Below, piece by piece: positions 1-9,063 of a stretch of DNA of 64,000 nt (within the stretch, counting starts at the first letter, position 1; each line of letters starts with the position of its first letter). The notes beneath the pieces were generated by a model, which saw only the letters and a list, made by a program, of their open reading frames with translations, had not been told where the DNA came from and did no database searches. The translations under genes were made by a program, and so were the position numbers. Origin of the DNA: a virus (taxonomy: Duplodnaviria > Caudoviricetes); the IMG/VR virus record IMGVR_UViG_3300006921_000012, positions 1,646 to 65,645 of that record; one strand, written 5' to 3'.

Positions 1-21
1 AAAAATATAAGAAAATTTATT

Positions 22-1389
22 CTACTTGACTATAACTATATCTCCATTTTGCCATTTTTCTTCTAGTGCTGGAGGAATCTCTGCTGGTGTATTTCTTATA
101 TTTAATACTTCGAGGTTTGGTAGGTTGGTTAAACTCTCTGGTAAACTCTTTAATTGTGGGTTATCCGGTATGGATAAGAATTTTAAATTTTGTAATTTCT
201 CTATCTCTTTTGGTATGTTTTCTAATATCCCTTCAATATGTAGAACTTCTAGTTGGGGGAAATTGGTAAATAATTCTAGAGGTAGTGTCATTCCTGGTAA
301 CTTCTCTTTATTTCGAGTATCAAAATCGAATCTCTTTAACCCTGCTGGAAGTTTCTCTACAAATTCATCTAACCCATATAAAGCAATGAATCTAGATACT
401 GTATCATTAGGATAATGGACTGCAACGCTTGTTCCTTCCTGGTCTGTTAGAGATTTTGCAAATTCATGTTTAAAATAATCTTTTAAGTCTTTACCATCAC
501 CACTTAAAAATTGTTCTAAACTAATACTCCTATCGTCTATATCCATAAATTGATTACTAGGAAAATGAAACTGGTATCTTTTCTTTGGTAGGCCTGTTTG
601 TTTGTGACCTTCTACATCCCTTCCTTGTGGTTGTGCAATTTCAGTGTCTGTTTTATCCATAACAACATAAAGTGGTCCATCTTTAATATAACGGTCATAA
701 TATGTTAATCCAGGGCTAGAAGTACACCATCTCGTTTCTCTATTTTGACCCCCGTAATAGCATGCTGCTTCTTTACCCATAGGGTTATTGTGTATTTCTA
801 TTACTTGCCATTTAGGTCCGTCGTACCCCATTTTTGCTCCAGGATGAACCTCCATTTGAGCTCTTTCTGCTTTACTAGTTGTTAATTCTTCTTTACTAAT
901 ACTATAATCTTTTACTTGGTCATACAAATCGTCTATAGATTTAATTTGATTTATATCTTTTTCTCCTTTATATCTTCCGGTTTTTTTAAGATAGTCAAAT
1001 TTTAACAGGTCATCTGTTACTTTATATAAATCTTCCATGAATTGTCCTTGGTGTCTTTCTAAAGCCACTCCCCAATCTGGACTACCGTATGCATATTCTT
1101 CGTCTGCTTTTTGTTGTAATCCCATCCATTGTTTAATTAACCATTGAGTGTAGGCTCCTACTTTCTTAACATCTCTAGTATCTCTATCACCTTCAAACTC
1201 ACCTTTAGTAGTCGGGTCTGCTTGCATAAGGTCCGTTAATATATCTAGTTCTATTTTAGGTTTTACTACTTTACCAGAAGCTTTCTTTTTGCCTGTAGCC
1301 CATTTATCCACTAGAACATCATAACGACTTTTGTCACTTTGTTCTAGGACTATTTCATATATTTCATTTAAAAGACTTGTAAAAGACAT
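22..1389 (-). CDS. Phage protein with a conserved TRWCT-type central domain and C-terminal leucine-rich repeats
   Basis: 455 aa. C-terminal LxxLxxLxLxxN-type repeats (FPQLEVLHIEG, LQNLKFLSIPDN, LPNLEVLNIRNT, with IPKEI/LPESL linkers). Central ETRWCTS...GPLYVV...RYQFHF block. Confidence 0.75.
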   Translation of the reverse strand: MSFTSLLNEIYEIVLEQSDKSRYDVLVDKWATGKKKASGKVVKPKIELDILTDLMQADPTTKGEFEGDRDTRDVKKVGAYTQWLIKQWMGLQQKADEEYAYGSPDWGVALERHQGQFMEDLYKVTDDLLKFDYLKKTGRYKGEKDINQIKSIDDLYDQVKDYSISKEELTTSKAERAQMEVHPGAKMGYDGPKWQVIEIHNNPMGKEAACYYGGQNRETRWCTSSPGLTYYDRYIKDGPLYVVMDKTDTEIAQPQGRDVEGHKQTGLPKKRYQFHFPSNQFMDIDDRSISLEQFLSGDGKDLKDYFKHEFAKSLTDQEGTSVAVHYPNDTVSRFIALYGLDEFVEKLPAGLKRFDFDTRNKEKLPGMTLPLELFTNFPQLEVLHIEGILENIPKEIEKLQNLKFLSIPDNPQLKSLPESLTNLPNLEVLNIRNTPAEIPPALEEKWQNGDIVIVK

Positions 1390-1403
1390 ATTATACGTTT
1401 TAC

Positions 1404-1412
1404 TATAAATAT
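1404..1412 (-). promoter_or_regulatory. Putative late-promoter motif ATATTTATA
   Basis: 14 nt upstream of the ATG at 1389; the same motif and spacing recur before other genes. Confidence 0.55.
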
Positions 1413-1442
1413 TGGTTTAATCGATAAATTCTGAATAAAAGA

Positions 1443-2369
1443 TTAGATTGCGGCAATCCCGTCCTGTCCAGTAAAATTAACCCCTTTCTGGAATTCCGTC
1501 TTATCTACCAAATTAGAATTTTCTACCACATCTTCAAATAATTCATACCATTCCTTTCCTTGTTCTATGAGAATCATATCTCTTACCTTATTTAGGTAAT
1601 ATTGTCTTTTTGGGTGATACGCTTCTACCCATCCTCCTTCATAAGAATCATAAACCTTTGCAGTGTTTCTAATAGAATCTCTATTAAATTTACTTAACAT
1701 AAATAAGGTAGTAGTCTCTAATTTACCTAATTCAGTAAAAGGAAAGTCGTCTTGTGTATTCTTATTTAAAATAGTGGTGAATAAATAATTAACTTTAATA
1801 CTTTTTGGTTTTACTAATTTTAATAAGAAACGATTCATTTCTAAGTTTAGGAAGAACTTCTCTTTTGGTGTTGGGTCTTTCTTTTTGGAGTTCTTCTTCA
1901 TGTGGGTTAAACATTTCTTTAAATATTTTTTTAATAACTCTTTATTGTTAAAATAAATAAAGTTGGTTGCTGTATGAGATTCTTCTCCTGCTTTTTCTAC
2001 GTAGGGTAGTCCTATATCTCCTTCAAACACTTTATCATTAACATCGTCTTTTAAGATGGTATCATATTCCATAAGACAGAATGGTGTTTCTTCCTTTTCC
2101 AATGCCTTAAATCGGTACACATCAGGAAAAATATCATCGTTGATGTCTCCCTTCTCTACACTTACCACTTTTATTTCATCCCATAAATTATCAATCCCTA
2201 ACTCTACAAAATATTCTTTACCTAAAGTGTTAGTAATAAGATGTGCAGGACCATGATTATCTTTCCAATTAAGTAATGATAGTAATAAAAATCCAACTTC
2301 GTAATCACGTAAACCTAGATTTGCATCCTCAATAGGAAAAAAAGTATAAATTGATTTAATATTATTCAT
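1443..2369 (-). CDS. DUF6734-like / nucleotide-sugar transferase-like protein (divergent)
   Basis: LLSLLNWKDNHG..LITNTLGKEYF..LGIDNLWDEI..KALEKEETPFCLMEYD pattern recalls DUF6734; the DxD position reads EYD. Confidence 0.45.
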   Translation of the reverse strand: MNNIKSIYTFFPIEDANLGLRDYEVGFLLLSLLNWKDNHGPAHLITNTLGKEYFVELGIDNLWDEIKVVSVEKGDINDDIFPDVYRFKALEKEETPFCLMEYDTILKDDVNDKVFEGDIGLPYVEKAGEESHTATNFIYFNNKELLKKYLKKCLTHMKKNSKKKDPTPKEKFFLNLEMNRFLLKLVKPKSIKVNYLFTTILNKNTQDDFPFTELGKLETTTLFMLSKFNRDSIRNTAKVYDSYEGGWVEAYHPKRQYYLNKVRDMILIEQGKEWYELFEDVVENSNLVDKTEFQKGVNFTGQDGIAAI

Positions 2370-2373
2370 AGTT

Positions 2374-2565
2374 TTATTTTTTTTCTTTAATTATTACCCA
2401 TAATACCATATAAAGTAAAATAGCTGGTATTGCAGGTGAGACAAATAACATTACAAACATTATTCTAATAAGTATTGGGTAATCGAATTCAAAGTATTCA
2501 GCGATTCCTCCACAGACTCCAGCAAACCAAAAGTCTTTATTACTTCTATATAATTTATCGTCCAT
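2374..2565 (-). CDS. pspC: Stand-alone PspC-domain membrane protein
   Basis: KLYRS..D...AGVCGGIAEYF....LIRI.FV signature followed by a hydrophobic helix ending LYMVLWVII. Confidence 0.85.
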   Translation of the reverse strand: MDDKLYRSNKDFWFAGVCGGIAEYFEFDYPILIRIMFVMLFVSPAIPAILLYMVLWVIIKEKK

Positions 2566-2695
2566 AATTTTCTATCTTATTATTCTTTTTTAATTTTACT
2601 ACTGTTTGTTTAGATTCTTTTACCTTAGAGGGTGATGGTGGTCTATAACCATAGGTTTTAACCTGTCTTAGTTCGTTTAGTGTTCTTCTTTTCAT
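2555..2695 (-). CDS. Small basic hypothetical protein (46 aa; below ORF-track cutoff)
   Basis: Hand translation MKRRTLNELRQVKTYGYRPPSPSKVKESKQTVVKLKKNNKIENYGR; fills the 2566-2657 gap and overlaps both neighbours. Confidence 0.4.
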   Translation of the reverse strand: MKRRTLNELRQVKTYGYRPPSPSKVKESKQTVVKLKKNNKIENYGR

Positions 2696-2894
2696 GATAT
2701 TTTTTTCTTTTATCTAATTTTTTAATGATTGTTTTTTCCATTGATATTATTACTTTTTCAAGTTTTAATATTTGTTTTTCTAAATCTAGAATTTGTTCTC
2801 TTTTTTCTCTACCCATTTTTGCTTCCCATATTAACCATCCAAAGGCTATTACTTCTAAAATGAATAATGCTATTATTAATGTTGTTTGTGTCAT
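2658..2894 (-). CDS. Small membrane-anchored coiled-coil protein
   Basis: N-terminal TM (LIIALFILEVIAFGWLIW) followed by LEKQIL heptad repeats. Confidence 0.6.
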   Translation of the reverse strand: MTQTTLIIALFILEVIAFGWLIWEAKMGREKREQILDLEKQILKLEKVIISMEKTIIKKLDKRKKYHEKKNTKRTKTG

Positions 2895-2895
2895 A

Positions 2896-4065
2896 TTATC
2901 TTCCTACTTCTTTTATGTATTTATTTTTTGTGTCTTCCCAAGACAAATCAATTACATCCCAGTAAAATAATTGTTCTGGTTTAATTCTGTCTTGGTCGTA
3001 CATGTTTTTATATCTTTTTATTGCTTTTTTCTTCCACCACTTATCCGTATATGGTATATCGTCTTGGAATTTCTTTTTCATTTTTAGGTGTTTATCTTCT
3101 ATCTCACCTCTTAGGAACTCACATCCGTTATCGTACATCATTGCAAGATAGACTCCTCTTTTGAATCCGTGGTCATAAGTGGACCCTTTTATCCCACAAT
3201 GTTTAAAAACCTTATTAAGGATGTTCTGTTTAGGTCCTGTAGCGTTTATAGCTTTATGGTGTTCTTCTGGGTGATTTTCTTTTAACCACTTATTCCAAGG
3301 TAGGTAAGCTTCATCATCAGGTTTTAATCTAACTTTACCTGATGTTTCTCCCATTGTTTTAAAGTGTGGCATTCCATTATACATTGAGTTGATTCCGTAT
3401 AGTGAAGTGGTACCGACAGCGATTAACTTATCTCCGTATTTTTCTTCCCAGGCATCTCTAATGGTTTTACAAGTGGTTAATGCTGCAATTAATTTACCCA
3501 TTAACATATTATAACCACCTGGTTGTGTAGAACATATTGTGGTAGCGATTGCTGTATTGTTTAGTTTGTGTTGGTCAAACTTATTAACTTTGTCCCAACC
3601 TATGTAAGCATCTCTCACTTTAATACTTGTAACGTCAGACCCTAAACAAATCAAACCAAGGACTTTATCTGTTTTCCTATCTCTTACCCAGAATTTCATA
3701 TTACGTCCCGGATTTGCAACCCATTCCATTGTGTGGATAAGTTTACGATAGTTTACCCATTCTGTAACACCTTTTCCTGGTGTTGCCATCACAACATAAG
3801 GTTCCAAATCTTCAATTTGTTTTATTGTATGTTCTACATCATCCATATCTGATGGTACCCATAGATTAGTTCGGTAATCGTACAATTTGTTTTTTACCTT
3901 GGCCATTTTACCACCCTTATTCATTTCTTGCCACTTTTTATAAAGGGTTTGTTCTTCTACTGACATTTCTTTAAGCATGTCTAAATTATCGATTAGATTT
4001 TGTTTGTTACCTTCAAAATCAAATTCTGTTTCTTCCGTATTAAATAATTCTAATTGTTCTCTCAT
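2896..4065 (-). CDS. DUF4338 / DruA-like domain protein
   Basis: PGRNMKFWVRD...LGLICLGSD....RDAYIGW, GYNMLMGKLIA and TTSLYG..SMYNG motifs. Start placed at the ATG at 4065, an ATGA overlap with the upstream stop. Confidence 0.65.
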   Translation of the reverse strand: MREQLELFNTEETEFDFEGNKQNLIDNLDMLKEMSVEEQTLYKKWQEMNKGGKMAKVKNKLYDYRTNLWVPSDMDDVEHTIKQIEDLEPYVVMATPGKGVTEWVNYRKLIHTMEWVANPGRNMKFWVRDRKTDKVLGLICLGSDVTSIKVRDAYIGWDKVNKFDQHKLNNTAIATTICSTQPGGYNMLMGKLIAALTTCKTIRDAWEEKYGDKLIAVGTTSLYGINSMYNGMPHFKTMGETSGKVRLKPDDEAYLPWNKWLKENHPEEHHKAINATGPKQNILNKVFKHCGIKGSTYDHGFKRGVYLAMMYDNGCEFLRGEIEDKHLKMKKKFQDDIPYTDKWWKKKAIKRYKNMYDQDRIKPEQLFYWDVIDLSWEDTKNKYIKEVGR

Positions 4066-4451
4066 ATTTTTTCCCATTTACCGTTATTAAGTAACCTGAA
4101 TGTGCCAATATAAGGTTCATCCCATTCTTTAGGTTTTATTAAAGATAAGAATAAATTTTTATCTTTTCTCTCATATAGGTGATATTCTTCTCCTACTATT
4201 GGTTGAAAACTATATTGTGACTCGTAAACTAAACTAGTCCAATTATATTCTTCTACTAATTTTTTATATTCTTCTTTTAATTCATTAAGTCTGGATTCAA
4301 AATATTTGTTTGCCTTTAAACTATCCCTTTTATCGACCTTTATAGTTTCAAATTTTTGTGCTCCCACTGAGGTTGGGTATTCTTTTTTCTTGGCATCAAA
4401 TTCCTGTGTCTCATAATTATAAACTATATTATCTGGATATTTCTTTTTCAT
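4062..4451 (-). CDS. DUF2452 family protein
   Basis: YPTSVGA, VYESQYSFQPIVGEEYHLY and FLSLIKPKEW motifs. Start at 4451 is an ATGA overlap with the cysK stop. Confidence 0.7.
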   Translation of the reverse strand: MKKKYPDNIVYNYETQEFDAKKKEYPTSVGAQKFETIKVDKRDSLKANKYFESRLNELKEEYKKLVEEYNWTSLVYESQYSFQPIVGEEYHLYERKDKNLFLSLIKPKEWDEPYIGTFRLLNNGKWEKI

Positions 4452-5350
4452 AGACAACTAAAATATCTTTCTCCTCTATCACAAAGTATGGTTATAGCTT
4501 CTTTTCCATTATTATCTTCTAACCATCTTTCTGAAGCTAGTACATTTGCACCTGCACTAATACCAACAAATATCCCTTCTTTTGCTAATTCTTTTGCTTT
4601 ATCTTTTGCATCTTCTGTTTTTATGGTTATCACTTCATCTACAAAATCTAAATCTACTAAAAATTTACTACCATCTCCAATTCCTTGTATGCCATGTAAT
4701 CCTGGTTCTCCTCCAGACATCACAGGACTCTCTGCTGGTTCTATAGCAACTATTTTGATATTCGGCCATTTTTCTTTTAAAAATTTACCTGTTCCCATAA
4801 GAGTACCACCAGTTCCTGTACCTAACACTAACACATCCGGAGAATCAGTTCGTCTATAAGCTCCTCTCTCTTTTGGTAGTGTCCATTCTTCATAGATTTC
4901 AGGTCCGGTAGTTTTATAATGAGCTTCAATGTTGAGTGGGTTGTGGAATTGGTTACAATTAAACCAACCATTCTCTTCACATAATTTATCCCTTAACTCT
5001 ATAGCCCCGTCAAAATCCCCTTCGTCTACTTCTATTAATTCTGCACCGTAAAATCTAAACATCTGTTTACGTTCTTCTGACATATTACACGGCATGATTA
5101 TTTTTATCTTATATCCACGTTCTGCCGCTAACATCGCTAACGCTATACCACTATTCCCACTAGTAGCTTCACATAAAATATCACCTTTATGAATTACACC
5201 ATTCCTTTCAGCGTGAGTAATAATAAAAGTTGCCATTCTATCTTTTACGGACCCACTTGGGTTCATAAATTCAGCTTTGCCCCAAATGGTGAATCTTTTT
5301 TTCCTCAAAGGAATGAGTGGTGTGTTTCCTACATTATCTGATAATCTCAT
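4448..5350 (-). CDS. cysK: PLP-dependent cysteine synthase (O-acetylserine sulfhydrylase, CysK/CysM family)
   Basis: GNTPL, NPSGSVKDR (PLP lysine), EATSGNSG, NQF.N, GTGTGGT, HGIQGIG, GISAGAN and DRGERY all present. Confidence 0.93.
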   Translation of the reverse strand: MRLSDNVGNTPLIPLRKKRFTIWGKAEFMNPSGSVKDRMATFIITHAERNGVIHKGDILCEATSGNSGIALAMLAAERGYKIKIIMPCNMSEERKQMFRFYGAELIEVDEGDFDGAIELRDKLCEENGWFNCNQFHNPLNIEAHYKTTGPEIYEEWTLPKERGAYRRTDSPDVLVLGTGTGGTLMGTGKFLKEKWPNIKIVAIEPAESPVMSGGEPGLHGIQGIGDGSKFLVDLDFVDEVITIKTEDAKDKAKELAKEGIFVGISAGANVLASERWLEDNNGKEAITILCDRGERYFSCL

Positions 5351-5369
5351 AAATTTATTTTTATTTATT

Positions 5370-5900
5370 TTAAACTCTTTTTGATGTTCCTATTATTTGG
5401 TAGTAATCTTTCTTTCCCTCTAGATATTCTTTAGTCAATGTTAACATACTTTTAAACATAAAAGCACCTGTAGTTTGTTTTTCACATTTGGAGAATAGTT
5501 CTACTAGGGTGGCTATCAATTCGATTGGTAGTAATCCTACACCGTCTAACCATGAGAAATCTCTACTTATTTCAGGGGTGTATATTAATTCATAGTTATT
5601 TCTTTCTTCTGTAGTCTTAAAAGGTTCTATATCATCATACATTTCTATTAATTCTTTAACTAATTCTAAAGTACCACTTTTATTAATCTCACCTTTAATA
5701 ACTAAATCTACAATCCAGTGGGTGTGAGATGGTGTTCTTAATCTCTTATCTTTTTCTTTGTATTTGACTATGAAGTCTAAGTCTGGATTCTCACCTCTAA
5801 ATCCTTGGAATATTGCAACTACTGTGTCGTTAGATAGTTTATATTCGACCAGGGAGTCTACTCTTGGTCCATTTTTAATTTTATATTGTAATTTTCCCAT
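5370..5900 (-). CDS. Hypothetical protein
   Basis: 176 aa ORF in operon orientation; RTPSHTHW motif; no family recognised. Confidence 0.7.
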   Translation of the reverse strand: MGKLQYKIKNGPRVDSLVEYKLSNDTVVAIFQGFRGENPDLDFIVKYKEKDKRLRTPSHTHWIVDLVIKGEINKSGTLELVKELIEMYDDIEPFKTTEERNNYELIYTPEISRDFSWLDGVGLLPIELIATLVELFSKCEKQTTGAFMFKSMLTLTKEYLEGKKDYYQIIGTSKRV

Positions 5901-6054
5901 AGTAATTATTAAGAAAAAAAACTCAATATGTCAAAATAAAAATTCACTAAACCGTAAACAAAAAATACTATAACAAATATAAATCCTATTATCAGACGCC
6001 ACTCAATTGTGACAGTCTCTTCTATATTCTTTTTTTTACATCCTTTACACCCCA

Positions 6055-7026
6055 TCAGTTAGAAAAGTTTTCAGATTCCAATAATTCTTTTATTTTTTGT
6101 TTCTCTTCTTCGTTCAATCTTACTGGTAATTTTTGTTCTAAGTGGATATACATATCACCTCTATTACCATCTCTTACAAATCCTTTCTTACTAGCTTTTA
6201 AAGCTTTAGACGTATTATAGAGTTCTGGTACCGCAATTTCTATCGGACCGTCAAAATGAGGAACTTTAATTTTTTTACCTAAAAGTGCTTCTAAAGGAGA
6301 AATAGACATAATATGTATGTAATCTAAATCTCTTTTCTTTTGTTGGGGTGTCTCGATTATATCCAAGATTAACATGAGGTCACCTGATTCTCCACCGAAA
6401 CAACCATCTCCACCACCTCTTAATTTTAAGAAATGTCCAGCATTACATCCTTTAGGAATTTGGAACTTCACCGTTTTTTGTACAATATTTCCACCATTTA
6501 GATAACCTGTAGAGTGACATGCTGGACACTCAGTATTAACCAATTGTCTAAAGAATGAATTTCCTCTCATTGATTGTACTATTCCTCGTCCCTGACATTG
6601 TGGACACATCTGAGTAGTACCTTCTCTTTTGGTATACTTCACTTCTTTCTTACTACCATGATACACCTCCTCTAGTGTAAGACTAAGGTGGACCTTTAAA
6701 TCATGACCTCTACCTCTTCTAGGTCTGTCATGATGGGGGTGTCTTCTTTGACCACCCCCAAAAAATTGTTCGAATGCGTCAAATGGATTACCACCACCTC
6801 CTCCACCAAATAAGTCTTCTAAATTAATACCACCACCTGAATCATACTTAGCTTTTTTATCAGTATCACTTAACACACTATATGCTTCTGAAAGTTCTTT
6901 AAACTTCTCCTCCCCATCCGGATTCTTATCTGGATGGTACTTTAAAGAAAGTTTTCTATATGCTTTCTTAATCTCTTCTGGTGAAGAATCTTTACTTACA
7001 CCAAGTATGTCGTAATAATTTGTCAT
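6055..7026 (-). CDS. dnaJ: DnaJ/Hsp40 co-chaperone
   Basis: J-domain (YYDILGV...YHPDKN), G/F-rich linker, two CxxC motifs and a DnaJ C-terminal domain. Confidence 0.93.
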   Translation of the reverse strand: MTNYYDILGVSKDSSPEEIKKAYRKLSLKYHPDKNPDGEEKFKELSEAYSVLSDTDKKAKYDSGGGINLEDLFGGGGGGNPFDAFEQFFGGGQRRHPHHDRPRRGRGHDLKVHLSLTLEEVYHGSKKEVKYTKREGTTQMCPQCQGRGIVQSMRGNSFFRQLVNTECPACHSTGYLNGGNIVQKTVKFQIPKGCNAGHFLKLRGGGDGCFGGESGDLMLILDIIETPQQKKRDLDYIHIMSISPLEALLGKKIKVPHFDGPIEIAVPELYNTSKALKASKKGFVRDGNRGDMYIHLEQKLPVRLNEEEKQKIKELLESENFSN

Positions 7027-7027
7027 A

Positions 7028-7660
7028 ATGAATTCAAAAAAATATCATATTATACTGTTTAACAATAAAAGAAAGAAAAAACTATTGTTTAGTTCTAACT
7101 TGCGTAAAACGGTTAATCAAAAATATAAAGAATTAAAGAAAAAAACAAACCCAATCTTCCCATTAAAAATATTAAATAGAGAAGAATGTTTTTTTGAGAT
7201 TGCTTTGGTAGAAAGAAAGAGTGGAAAAGAAACTGGTAAATTAAAAAAAGATGATGTTGGTAGGTGGACTAGAAATGTTATTAAGAATCAGGATTATCAA
7301 CTTATCGAGGTAGCTGAACATCAGGTAGAGGGTACGTTATATGACCACCAACATAAGAATAGGATTACTACTCAAGAACTATTATCAACATACCTCCCTA
7401 AAAGTGAAATGTGTCAATTATTTAGTTTAAATAATAAGATTGTTATGCAAAAAGAAGATGAATTTTCCTTGTTTAGTTTAAAAACTGTTAGTGAATCTAA
7501 AAGATTTATGAAGTCAATATCTTCTTACTTTACACGTGAGGGGATTACACACTGTTTATTAGTTAGTGATTTCTCTACTGTACAACGAAAACAACTATAT
7601 AAGATATTAGAAAATAAAGGATTTAAGAAGTCCTTACTATACAAACACTATACTCAGTAA
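7028..7660 (+). CDS. Basic hypothetical protein (opposite strand)
   Basis: 210 aa ORF that exactly fills the gap between minus-strand genes; no competing minus-strand ORF. Confidence 0.7.
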   Translation: MNSKKYHIILFNNKRKKKLLFSSNLRKTVNQKYKELKKKTNPIFPLKILNREECFFEIALVERKSGKETGKLKKDDVGRWTRNVIKNQDYQLIEVAEHQVEGTLYDHQHKNRITTQELLSTYLPKSEMCQLFSLNNKIVMQKEDEFSLFSLKTVSESKRFMKSISSYFTREGITHCLLVSDFSTVQRKQLYKILENKGFKKSLLYKHYTQ

Positions 7661-7906
7661 CTACTTAATAAAAGTAAATTTCTTTTCAGATATATTAACT
7701 GTAAAAGTCTCATTCTTTTCTACAGTTAACCTCCCTATGTTAGATATTTCTTCTTGGATTTCATTGTGGATACGGGGGGTAACTTTTACTATAACTTCTA
7801 GTCCTTCTAGGGGTACGTCGAGTTCGTTTAGACATTCTGCAACCTCTGCAAAAGATGAAAGATACTCTCTTAATTTCCTATTATTACCTTTTTCAGTCTT
7901 TGCCAT
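7661..7906 (-). CDS. Hypothetical protein
   Basis: 81 aa, tiles with its neighbours. Confidence 0.6.
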   Translation of the reverse strand: MAKTEKGNNRKLREYLSSFAEVAECLNELDVPLEGLEVIVKVTPRIHNEIQEEISNIGRLTVEKNETFTVNISEKKFTFIK

Positions 7907-8073
7907 AGAGTGTTTTTTTCTTTTGTTTTTGTCTTCTGAACTGTATTACCTACCCGCATACCCCCTAGTGATTTTATATTATCTATTAGGCTTTGCTTGT
8001 GGTTCTTTATTTGTTGATTGTCGTTTTTCAACTGTTTCTCTAACCACTCCATTGATTTTGGACTTTTCTTCAT
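7870..8073 (-). CDS. Small basic hypothetical protein
   Basis: 67 aa, overlaps both neighbours, ends TLWQRLKKVIIGN. Confidence 0.5.
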   Translation of the reverse strand: MKKSPKSMEWLEKQLKNDNQQIKNHKQSLIDNIKSLGGMRVGNTVQKTKTKEKNTLWQRLKKVIIGN

Positions 8074-8461
8074 CGTTTAGTGTTGGTTTATTAATACTTT
8101 TATTAGTTATAAAGTTCATTCCTTTTAAGTCTTCAAGTGTAGCACTTTCAAATAGTTTTTCTAATTCTATTCTCTTAACCTCTAATAACCTACTTTTCTC
8201 CTCTCTTTCTTTATTATCGTTGATGATAAGGGCTGCAGTTTTAAGTACTGTACTTACACTCGATTCACTAAAATTAGAAAATAAAGAAACTGACATACTT
8301 CCATCTTTGTTAGTTCCGTTGGCTTTAGTTGCTACATTCTCACCGTACATCTCATAATACTTCCATTGTACTGGTAAATTCATATCCACAATAAAATAAT
8401 TATCGTGGAGTCTAATACCATAAAAGAAAGGTAATAATTGATTTATTTCTGCAAATATCAT
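7979..8461 (-). CDS. Hypothetical coiled-coil protein
   Basis: Likely start MIFAEINQ at 8461 (ATGA overlap with the upstream stop), not the ORF-track start at 8533. Confidence 0.65.
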   Translation of the reverse strand: MIFAEINQLLPFFYGIRLHDNYFIVDMNLPVQWKYYEMYGENVATKANGTNKDGSMSVSLFSNFSESSVSTVLKTAALIINDNKEREEKSRLLEVKRIELEKLFESATLEDLKGMNFITNKSINKPTLNDEEKSKINGVVRETVEKRQSTNKEPQAKPNR

Positions 8462-8649
8462 GTGGTTATTGTTGTTATTAAATAAGTTAAGAAGTAAGAT
8501 AACCCAAATCCTAGTATGACCATATCTTTCCAATTTAGTACCATCTTTTGAGGTGGGTTACTAAATAAATTCAGAAAGAAAGTTAATACATATCTTGTCA
8601 TTATTAAAATCGACCATACAAAGAATAAAAGATATATCCATCCGTTCAT
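8458..8649 (-). CDS. Small two-TM membrane protein
   Basis: Two hydrophobic helices separated by a SNPPQK loop. Confidence 0.65.
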   Translation of the reverse strand: MNGWIYLLFFVWSILIMTRYVLTFFLNLFSNPPQKMVLNWKDMVILGFGLSYFLTYLITTITT

Positions 8650-8650
8650 T

Positions 8651-8827
8651 TTATTGATTCTTTGTTTCTTCTAAAATTTCTTTTCTTATATCTTGACATA
8701 AAGATTTGATTTCTTGTGCGGACTTTCTTGCTCTTACACCTGCACTTTTATTAGTCTTTTCATAAAATTTAGTTAAATCTACTGATAAACTTTCTACTAA
8801 ATCTTTAATTTTTGTTAATGTTTCCAT
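8651..8827 (-). CDS. Histone H1-like Hc1 family nucleoid protein (58 aa; missing from ORF track)
   Basis: Hand translation METLTKIKDLVESLSVDLTKFYEKTNKSAGVRARKSAQEIKSLCQDIRKEILEETKNQ; KF..K.NKSAG.RARK...E.K.....RK is the Hc1-type signature; fills the gap with 1 nt on either side. Confidence 0.8.
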   Translation of the reverse strand: METLTKIKDLVESLSVDLTKFYEKTNKSAGVRARKSAQEIKSLCQDIRKEILEETKNQ

Positions 8828-8828
8828 T

Positions 8829-9044
8829 TTACTTATTCTTTTCTTTTAAATTATTATTATAAGATTCCCACAAACCTATCGTCGTCATGACTGTGGAAAT
8901 CTCTTTTATTAACTTGAGAGACTTGTCTAGTCTCACATTAAACTCAAGGTCTTGACGATTATTAAGAACTTCTTCTAATTCTGTTTCTAAAGTCTCTTTT
9001 TCTATCAAGAGTTTAGTACTTATCAAATTAAAAATTTTATTCAT
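8829..9044 (-). CDS. Hypothetical protein
   Basis: 71 aa, helical, tiles with its neighbours. Confidence 0.6.
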   Translation of the reverse strand: MNKIFNLISTKLLIEKETLETELEEVLNNRQDLEFNVRLDKSLKLIKEISTVMTTIGLWESYNNNLKEKNK

Positions 9045-9063
9045 ATTATATTATTTTAACCTA

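Noticed and set aside
2896-4065. Complete Druantia defence system
   Set aside because: Only a DruA-like domain is present; no DruE helicase or other dru genes in the window.
5901-6054. tRNA or structured RNA in the 154-nt gap downstream of dnaJ
   Set aside because: No cloverleaf or GTTC T-arm seen; only partial promoter-like elements (TATATTTG at 5974-5981, TTGACA near 5930).
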